Assembly: GCF_003086415.1 (NCBI RefSeq)
Contig: NZ_QEFP02000017.1
Span: forward strand, 1-9,569
DNA from: Candidatus Nanobsidianus stetteri
GTDB lineage: Archaea > Nanobdellota > Nanobdellia > Nanobdellales > Nanobdellaceae
Reading direction: 5' to 3'
DNA: 9,569 nucleotides
Position numbers and translations under genes: made by a program. The notes beneath the pieces are model-generated. The model searched no databases, was not told where the DNA came from, and saw only the letters and a list, made by a program, of their open reading frames with translations. This document shows positions 1 through 5,578 of this stretch, piece by piece. Position 1 is the stretch's first letter, and every line of letters begins with the position of its first letter.

Positions 1-55
1 ATTTAGTATTTCAAATAAAATACCCCCATCATCTTTATATAAATATAATGTTTTC
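1..55. repeat. Left copy of a perfect 55-bp terminal inverted repeat (partner 9515-9569)
   Basis: The reverse complement of 1-55 (GAAAACATTATATTTATATAAAGATGATGGGGGTATTTTATTTGAAATACTAAAT) matches 9515-9569 at every base, compared by hand. Identity stops at the next inward base (pos 56 versus 9514). Outward extent is unknown because the window ends. Confidence 0.95.
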
Positions 56-911
56 CATACAATCCTGGAGCAACTGAATTTGCAATCAAACTTAACACAT
101 CTGTAGAATTTGCCAATTCTCTTATTTTTCTCTCATCCTCTGGAGATATTGATATATCTTCAACATCTTTATCTACAGGTTCAATATAAATTGCATCTAT
201 ATATAAATCCAATATTGCTTTAAGATTTGAATTTTTTAATTCTTTTACAATTCCGTATATTTTAACCCTTATTCCTGGTAATGTTTTCCTTTCCATTCTA
301 GGTTCACATAGATCTTCCTTTAATATTACAGTAATTTGGGCGGGTTGTTCACCTTTTTCAATTTGATCTGCAGGTTCTTCAATTAATAATCTTTGTATAT
401 CTATTGTTTCATGATCTGTTTCAATAAATTTTCCCTTTGTACCACCGCATACAGGACATTTCTTTGGCTTTTCTATTACGAAATTCTTATTTTCAACCCA
501 AAATTCTCCTCCACAGTCTTCATGTAAATATTTTGTTTTTATAATAAATGGCCTTACTTCTGAAGACACTTTTATTATACCTTCAGCCTGTATTAATTTA
601 TCTTTATGTTCAGATCTAATATCTCTTATCCTTAAATATCTTAAACTTTCTGGAAGATTTTTTATTCTTACCTTTACTTTTCTATCTAATCTTTCGGAAA
701 AATATATACTCATTTGTTCTAAAAATTTTTCTGTTTTATTTAATAAAAGATCTAACTGTTTATTATTTAGGTATGATTTTATTTTCTCATAATCTAGTAT
801 AATAGATTTTTCTTCTTCTCTAATAAATTTTTCAATTTCTTCTTTTGAAGCATCAAAAATTTGCCCCAAAAATCCTACATCTAAAATTTCAACTTCCTTA
901 GCATTATCCAT
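3..911 (-). CDS. mcm: MCM replicative helicase, N-terminal domain only (ORF stops before the AAA+ ATPase module)
   Basis: The 302-aa ORF has the MCM N-terminal layout: a helical subdomain, a C4 zinc motif (CGGEFW...CPVCGG), the OB-fold region (IDIQRLLIEEPADQIEKGEQPAQITVILKEDL, PGIRVKIYGIV), and the N-C linker ending SLIANSVAPGLYG (compare SIAPSIYG). After YG the ORF enters the 55-bp repeat, reads KHYIYIKMMGVFYLKY and stops at TAA (rc of 3-5). No Walker A/B or arginine-finger sequence is present. Confidence 0.85.
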   Translation of the reverse strand: MDNAKEVEILDVGFLGQIFDASKEEIEKFIREEEKSIILDYEKIKSYLNNKQLDLLLNKTEKFLEQMSIYFSERLDRKVKVRIKNLPESLRYLRIRDIRSEHKDKLIQAEGIIKVSSEVRPFIIKTKYLHEDCGGEFWVENKNFVIEKPKKCPVCGGTKGKFIETDHETIDIQRLLIEEPADQIEKGEQPAQITVILKEDLCEPRMERKTLPGIRVKIYGIVKELKNSNLKAILDLYIDAIYIEPVDKDVEDISISPEDERKIRELANSTDVLSLIANSVAPGLYGKHYIYIKMMGVFYLKY

Positions 912-977
912 ATATTTATATTACAAAAAATGCATATAAGAAAAAAATAAAAAATTAATAAGCGAAAATATGTATAG

Positions 978-1067
978 GGGCCCGTAGCTCAGAGGTGGAG
1001 CGCCGGCCTTATAAGGCTACGCTCCTAAGAAAGCCGGAGGTCAGGGGTTCGAGTCCCCTCGGGCCCA
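978..1067 (+). tRNA. tRNA-Ile, anticodon UAU, with an 18-nt intron at the canonical 37/38 position
   Basis: Hand-folded cloverleaf. Acceptor stem GGGCCCG/CGGGCCC with discriminator A1067. D arm GCTC-AGAGGTG-GAGC. Anticodon stem CCGGC (1003-1007)/GCCGG (1033-1037). Spliced loop C-T-TAT-A-A, anticodon TAT at 1010-1012. Variable loop AGGTC. T arm AGGGG-TTCGAGT-CCCCT. CCA is not encoded. The body resembles archaeal tRNA-Ile (GGGCCCGTAGCTCAG...). Confidence 0.85.
1014..1031 (+). other. Archaeal bulge-helix-bulge tRNA intron (18 nt)
   Basis: The central 4-bp helix is C1008-U-U-A1011 paired with U1026-A-A-G1029. It is flanked by 3-nt bulges U1012-A-A1014 and A1030-A-A1032. The symmetric predicted cut sites (1013|1014 and 1031|1032) restore a 7-nt anticodon loop. 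The inner helix is weak (G1015-G1016 with C1024-C1025), so the motif is relaxed on the intron side. Confidence 0.7.
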
Positions 1068-1073
1068 TAATAA

Positions 1074-1093
1074 TTTATTTGGAAGAATTTTTT
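1074..1093 (+). terminator. Oligo-T tract downstream of the tRNA (putative archaeal terminator)
   Basis: TTTATTT (1074-1080) and T6 (1088-1093) lie within 30 nt of the tRNA 3' end. Archaeal RNAP terminates at oligo-T runs, but T runs are common in AT-rich DNA like this. Confidence 0.3.
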
Positions 1094-1193
1094 ATTCTAT
1101 ATATCCAGTAATTTATTCAAGGGATAAGATTTCTTGAATGATATTGAAAAACACTCCGAAAAAAATAAATAGTTAATTATTTAAAAATTAATT

Positions 1194-2630
1194 ATGAATT
1201 CGAATAACCTATCGTTGCTGGTCGTCGTTTTAGGAACTTTAATGTCTGCTGTGGATGCAACTATTGTAATCTTAGCAATCCCATCTATTGCTCAAGACTT
1301 GCATACTAACCTTTACGTAATTATTTGGGTTATCATAATTTACCTTCTAGTTATAGCGGTCTTTACAACTCAGTTAGGTAGATTAGGTGATATTTATGGC
1401 AGATCTCGCTTTTATAATTTAGGATTTGTAATATTTACAATAGGTTCAATTCTCTGTGGTGCAGCTCCTGACGCAATTTCCTTAATAATATTTAGAGGTG
1501 TTCAAGGATTAGGGGCTTCAATGATGCAAGCTAATTCTGGAGCTATAATTGCTGATATATTCCCCCCAAATCAAAGGGGTAAAGCTTATGGATATAATTC
1601 AATAGGTTGGAACGCTGGAGCTACTTTAGGGATAGTTTTAGGGGGTTTTATAACAACCTTCCTGGGCTGGAGATATATATTTTATATTAACGTTCCAATA
1701 GGAATCGTTGCTATAATATTGGGATTAAAGTATATAAAAGATCGGGAAAGAAGAAATACTAAACTAGATATTATAGGTATGCTAAGTTTATTGACTTCAC
1801 TATCTTTAATATCCTATGGAGCTGCTGATATTGCAGGAGAAGGTGTGAGTTTATTAAATGTTTACTTAATCTCTGCCGGTTTAATTATATTATTAGGATT
1901 TATATTGGTTGAAAAGAGACAGCAGTTTCCTATAATAGATCTGAAAGCTTTTAAAGCAAATAAAGTATTTACATATTCTCTATTTGCATCATTTCTTCAA
2001 ACAATGGGTTATTTATCCACAGCATTTATTATAATAATGTATCTTCAAGGGATTAGAGGTTTATCACCTTTCGAAGCATCCTTACTATTAGTTCCAGGTT
2101 ATGTTTTAGCCAGTTTAGTTGCACCATTTACCGGAAGATTATCTGATAAGATAGGTTCCAGAATACCTGCTACAATTGGATTGGCTTTAATGATGTTAGC
2201 TATTTTCATATATTTACACCTTTCAATCAATACTCCTTTATACGTTATTATAATCGCTTCAACAATAGGCGGTTTAGGTTCTTCTCTATTCTTCCCAGCC
2301 AATAATAGCGCTATAATGGCTAATGCACCCAGAGGATTTTATGGCGGTGCTTCTGGTTTAGCCAGAACTTTATCAAATATAGGGACCCTTTTAAGTTACG
2401 TTATAGCAATAAGCATATCCTCTGTTACTGTTCCTAGATATGTTGCATTTGAAGTGTTCCTGGGAACTACAAATTTAATAGGTGGTGTGGCCAGTTCTTT
2501 CTTAACAGGTTTAAAGTCAGCTCTCTATGTATCTTTAGGAATATTATCTATTGCACTAGTTTTATCCGCATTAAGAGGTAAAGAAGATAGAAAGCAATTA
2601 TTACAGGTAGATCAAAGTAATAGTCAATAA
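1194..2630 (+). CDS. Major facilitator superfamily transporter, DHA2 (EmrB/QacA-like, 14-TMS) drug/H+ antiporter family
   Basis: The 478-aa protein is highly hydrophobic. It opens with the typical DHA2 sequence [27 protein letters not shown] motif A ([11 protein letters not shown]) lies between TM2 and TM3. [13 protein letters not shown] and [12 protein letters not shown] are hallmarks of the EmrB/QacA subfamily. Confidence 0.9.
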   Translation: MNSNNLSLLVVVLGTLMSAVDATIVILAIPSIAQDLHTNLYVIIWVIIIYLLVIAVFTTQLGRLGDIYGRSRFYNLGFVIFTIGSILCGAAPDAISLIIFRGVQGLGASMMQANSGAIIADIFPPNQRGKAYGYNSIGWNAGATLGIVLGGFITTFLGWRYIFYINVPIGIVAIILGLKYIKDRERRNTKLDIIGMLSLLTSLSLISYGAADIAGEGVSLLNVYLISAGLIILLGFILVEKRQQFPIIDLKAFKANKVFTYSLFASFLQTMGYLSTAFIIIMYLQGIRGLSPFEASLLLVPGYVLASLVAPFTGRLSDKIGSRIPATIGLALMMLAIFIYLHLSINTPLYVIIIASTIGGLGSSLFFPANNSAIMANAPRGFYGGASGLARTLSNIGTLLSYVIAISISSVTVPRYVAFEVFLGTTNLIGGVASSFLTGLKSALYVSLGILSIALVLSALRGKEDRKQLLQVDQSNSQ

Positions 2631-2803
2631 AATTTTATCCAATCTTCTCTCTTTAATTTAATTAATTGTTAATGGCTAAGTTTAAGCTTATAAGTTATTA
2701 TCTAAGAACATACAATATTTATTTTCCGGCTTGAATTTGTAGGGATATTTATAGAGTTACAATTGCTGCTGAATTGTTAGCAAAGGGTATAATATAATTT
2801 TAC

Positions 2804-2819
2804 TATTCAATATTGAATA
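2804..2819. promoter_or_regulatory. Perfect 16-bp palindrome TATTCAATATTGAATA upstream of the 2H/MPP gene (candidate operator)
   Basis: The sequence is self-complementary over 16 bp and lies 55-70 bp upstream of the ATG at 2874, in a 243-bp intergenic spacer. There is no other support, and AT-rich DNA produces palindromes by chance. Confidence 0.2.
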
Positions 2820-2873
2820 AAATAAATGCATGAGAACACTCGCTTTTAATAATAAGAGAAATATAAAAATATA

Positions 2874-3134
2874 ATGAGAAATAATTATATCATAGAAATA
2901 AGACCAGTTCTAGAGAAATATAAATTAAAACAAATAATGCGAAAGGTTAGTTCTCTAAGTCATTTGAAAGTACATAGGGTACCTCATATTACTCTCGTAT
3001 ATAATTTCCGACCTTTAGTAGCTCCTCTTAAAATAATGGAAGTCATTAAAGAAATATCTAATAAATATAGCAATTTAGAATTTTATTACGATAAATATGA
3101 GATAAAAAAAAAAGAAAAAAGGGATATACAATAG
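2874..3134 (+). CDS. N-terminal fragment of a 2H phosphoesterase (LigT/2'-5' RNA ligase-like cyclic phosphodiesterase) domain
   Basis: The 86-aa ORF carries the first H-x-T-x motif (PHITL, 2985-2996) in the usual context. The ORF ends shortly after an A10 tract, and the rest of the domain continues in another frame. Confidence 0.6.
   Translation: MRNNYIIEIRPVLEKYKLKQIMRKVSSLSHLKVHRVPHITLVYNFRPLVAPLKIMEVIKEISNKYSNLEFYYDKYEIKKKEKRDIQ
3104..3120 (+). other. A10-G-A6 homopolymer tract containing an A-AAA-AAA slippery heptamer; point of the frame change
   Basis: The zero frame reads ATA AAA AAA AAA GAA AAA AGG GAT ATA CAA TAG. The -1 frame is open from 3101 (the preceding TGA is at 3098-3100) and reads ...KKKRKKGYTIALGIRP..., continuing to 4036. 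Confidence 0.6.
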
Positions 3135-3340
3135 CCTTAGGTATAAGACCTAATAATGAACTTCTTCAATTTAGAGAAGACCTTTATAAAAGTCTAAAAA
3201 ATTATATAAAAGAAAGATCTGATGTTAAATTCTATAATGAAAACTTCTGGTTTCATGCCGGCATTTCTTTTCATTTATCATATAAAGTAGTAAAAAATAT
3301 TTTAAACAATAAAGAAATACTCAAAATTTTATCTCGTTTT

Positions 3341-4036
3341 TTGTATAAAGCCAAGGTATTAAGGATAACACTCGTAAATGCAGGTAAAATAGTCTATGAG
3401 TACGATGTATTAAATAAGAAAATTCTCAATAGGTCAGAGGCACTATCATTAGTTGAACTAGAGAAAACATATAAGAAATATAGGGAAAAGTTCCTAAAAA
3501 TAGAAGTAAACCCTAAAAGTTTAGATAAAATATTGTTCATAGCTGACACACATTTTGGACATAAAAATATAATTAAATATTCTGCAAGGCCTTTCATAGA
3601 CGTTATTACAATGAACGAACACATAAAAAATAAGTGGAATGAAATGATATCTAACGAAGACATAGTTTATATAATAGGGGATTTTGCTAGAAGGGATTTT
3701 AAAAAATACGTTAATTTACTAAATGGAAAAAAGATCTTTATACAAGGTAATCATGATCCTCCAGAGATAGGAGTAAAACAATTAGAATTACAACTAAACA
3801 ATTATAAATTCATACTCTCACACTATCCAACTAATTTGAATTCACATAATGCGTGGCTAATCCATGGTCATGTGCATAATAACAGACTGAGAGAATATCC
3901 ATTCATTAACTCTAAAAAGAGGACAATTAATGTTGGTGTTGACTTAACAAAATTTTACCCTGTAAACATGAAATGGATACTTGATCTAATAGAAACTAAA
4001 AGAGACTATTTATATTTACCATCTAAAATTATTTAA
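3341..4036 (+). CDS. Calcineurin-like metallophosphoesterase domain protein (tracked from TTG 3341; the same frame is open from 3101 and encodes the second half of the 2H domain)
   Basis: The metallophosphoesterase motifs appear in order: LFIADTHFGH (3545-3562), YIIGDF, IQGNHD, LSHYP, IHGHVH. Upstream in the same frame, 3101-3340 has no ATG or GTG and encodes LLQFREDLYKSL...FWFHAGISFHLSY, which includes the second 2H motif HLSY (3272-3283). Confidence 0.8.
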   Translation: MYKAKVLRITLVNAGKIVYEYDVLNKKILNRSEALSLVELEKTYKKYREKFLKIEVNPKSLDKILFIADTHFGHKNIIKYSARPFIDVITMNEHIKNKWNEMISNEDIVYIIGDFARRDFKKYVNLLNGKKIFIQGNHDPPEIGVKQLELQLNNYKFILSHYPTNLNSHNAWLIHGHVHNNRLREYPFINSKKRTINVGVDLTKFYPVNMKWILDLIETKRDYLYLPSKII

Positions 4037-4194
4037 GGGGAAGAAAATTATCATAGATTGCACAAATTAAAATTAATTATAACTTAATAGCTTTTAGAAA
4101 TAGTGGAATAAAGAAAAATAATCTTCTAACATGTTGATGAAGGTTCGGAGTTTAACCCTCTCAGATCAATAAAATTTTAGAAGTATTTAAATTA

Positions 4195-4211
4195 AAATAA
4201 AATTAAAAAAT
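4195..4211 (-). terminator. Oligo-T tract directly after the aEF-1alpha stop codon (putative terminator)
   Basis: The minus strand reads ATTTTTTAATTTTATTT immediately 3' of the TAA stop (rc of 4212-4214). Confidence 0.3.
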
Positions 4212-5543
4212 TTACTTTAGTTGTATTTGCTTTTCTTTTACACTTAATACCTGTCCAATTCCAATTGTTTTATTCATATCTCTAATTGCAAATCTTCCCA
4301 AAGATGTGTTTGGGAAATCTTCGAATCTTTCTACTACTAATGGTTTTGTTGGTACAAACTTTACAATTGCTGCATCTCCAGTCTTTAAGAATTGTGGATT
4401 CTTTTCAACTTCTTGTCCAGTTCTTGGATCTATTTTTGATTGTATTTCTGCAATTTTACATGCTACCGCTGCAGTATGTATATGTATTACTGGCGTATAT
4501 CCTACAGCAACTGCAGATGGATGATATAGTACATAAATTCTTGCAGTAAATTCTTCTGCTAATTTTGGTAATGGTTCTCCCAATTTTCCACATACATCAC
4601 CTCTTAATATATCACCACTTTCTGGTCCTTTAACGTTAAATCCAATATTGTCTCCTGGTAATGCTTCATCCAATTTTTCATGATGCATTTCTATAGATTT
4701 TACTTCACCTACAACACCGTTTGGTTTCTTTGATGGTAAGAATATTACTTTGTCGCCTGGTTTTAATCTTCCAGATTCTACTTTTCCAGTTGGTACAAGT
4801 CCTACACCTTTAATATTATATACATCACCAATTGGTATTCTTAATGGTTTATCTACCAATCTTGGAGGTTCATCTAATAGATCAAATGCTTCATATATTG
4901 TTGGACCATTGTACCATGGCATTTTTTGTGATTTTTGTGTTACATTTTCATCTGATGTGTATGCAGCAACTGGAACAATTGCTTTTATTTGTTTTTCAGT
5001 ATAACCAATTTGTTTTGCCAATGTTAATACCATATTCTTTATCTGTTCATATCTCTTTTGATCATAATTTGCAGCATCCATCTTTGATATTGCAACAATA
5101 ATTTGTGGGATTCCCAATGTTCTTAATAATAATAGGTGCTCTCTTCCCTGTCCTTCTGGACTCAATGCTGTTTCTGCTTCACCAGGTGCTGCAGAAACTA
5201 CTAATATTGCTGCATCAGATTGTGCAGTACCGCTAATCATATTCTTTATAAAGTCTCTATGACCTGGAGCATCTAATATTGTTAACATATATTTCTTTGC
5301 AGGTATTTTAATTGCAGCTACATCAATTGTTAATCCTCTCTTTCTCTCTTCTATTGATTTATCCATTAAGAATGCTAAATAGTCTGTTTCCTTTCCAAGT
5401 TCCTTTGCTATATTCTTTAATTCTTCTAATACTTTCTGATCTATTAAATTCAAAGATACCATTAGCCTTCCTACTAATGTTGATTTTCCATTATCTACAT
5501 GCCCTACTACTATCAAATTAATATGTGGTTTTTCTCTTGCCAT
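4212..5543 (-). CDS. tuf: Translation elongation factor aEF-1alpha (EF-Tu family GTPase)
   Basis: 443 aa with G1 GHVDNGKST, G2 region RGLTID, G3 DAPGH and a G4 SKMD variant of NKMD. The domain II/III sequences (PLRIPIGDVYNIKGVGLVPTGKVESG, GFNVKG, RFAIRD) are typical of archaeal EF-1alpha. GC content is visibly higher than in neighbouring genes, as expected for a highly expressed gene. Confidence 0.97.
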   Translation of the reverse strand: MAREKPHINLIVVGHVDNGKSTLVGRLMVSLNLIDQKVLEELKNIAKELGKETDYLAFLMDKSIEERKRGLTIDVAAIKIPAKKYMLTILDAPGHRDFIKNMISGTAQSDAAILVVSAAPGEAETALSPEGQGREHLLLLRTLGIPQIIVAISKMDAANYDQKRYEQIKNMVLTLAKQIGYTEKQIKAIVPVAAYTSDENVTQKSQKMPWYNGPTIYEAFDLLDEPPRLVDKPLRIPIGDVYNIKGVGLVPTGKVESGRLKPGDKVIFLPSKKPNGVVGEVKSIEMHHEKLDEALPGDNIGFNVKGPESGDILRGDVCGKLGEPLPKLAEEFTARIYVLYHPSAVAVGYTPVIHIHTAAVACKIAEIQSKIDPRTGQEVEKNPQFLKTGDAAIVKFVPTKPLVVERFEDFPNTSLGRFAIRDMNKTIGIGQVLSVKEKQIQLK

Positions 5544-5578
5544 TTAAGATTATATTTATAAAAAAATTTATATATAAT

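Larger units (their letters stand above)
2874..4036 (+). pseudogene. Composite ~387-aa 2H phosphoesterase + metallophosphoesterase fusion gene requiring a -1 frame change in the A10 tract (sequencing error, recoding or pseudogene)
   Basis: The two H-x-T/S-x motifs of one 2H fold lie on opposite sides of the frame break (HITL in frame 0, HLSY in frame -1). The downstream frame has no plausible start before 3341. Joining the frames inside 3104-3113 gives one continuous protein. Confidence 0.6.

Noticed and set aside
1-911. An intein or other self-splicing insertion as the explanation for the MCM break (the same was considered for the IleRS insert at 8292-8561)
   Set aside because: There is no Cys/Ser/Thr nucleophile immediately after the break and no intein block A/B or terminal His-Asn motifs. 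The sequence after the MCM break is identical to an IleRS coding segment, not to an intein.
912-977. TATA-box/BRE promoter calls in the intergenic spacers (912-977, 1140-1193, 2840-2873, 5544-5578, 6675-6740)
   Set aside because: TATA-like A/T octamers sit about 25-35 bp upstream of most starts, consistent with leaderless archaeal transcripts. Such strings are everywhere in this AT-rich DNA, so no individual call can be supported from sequence alone.
1115-1139. 7-bp inverted repeat ATTCAAG-N11-CTTGAAT between the tRNA and the MFS gene
   Set aside because: The stem is short and AT-rich, and such stems are expected by chance at this composition. Archaeal terminators do not need hairpins. There is nothing else to support an operator call.
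2099-2302. 67-aa minus-strand ORF
   Set aside because: It lies entirely antisense within the MFS transporter gene and has no recognisable features. It is a shadow ORF.
2683-2745. 20-codon ORF (MAKFKLISYYLRTYNIYFPA) and other tiny ORFs in the 2631-2873 spacer
   Set aside because: They are too short, have no distinguishing features and no supporting context.
3394-3663. 89-aa minus-strand ORF
   Set aside because: It is antisense to the 2H/metallophosphoesterase reading frame, which contains ordered catalytic motifs. It has no motif support of its own.
4131-4170. C/D-box sRNA, or a Nanoarchaeum-style split-tRNA half
   Set aside because: A UGAUGA C-box-like element is present, but neither strand has a CUGA D box at the required position or any C'/D' pair. 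The element is also too short for two guide regions. The stem-loop does not match a T-arm (no GTTCRANYC-type loop) and no acceptor-stem complement is present. It is kept only as a low-interest hairpin.
4286-5521. Five plus-strand ORFs in the track (4286-4549, 4306-4524, 4750-5004, 4832-5101, 5312-5521)
   Set aside because: All lie antisense within the very well supported aEF-1alpha gene. Their translations are low-complexity and Leu/Phe-rich with no recognisable motifs. They are shadow ORFs of a relatively GC-richer gene.
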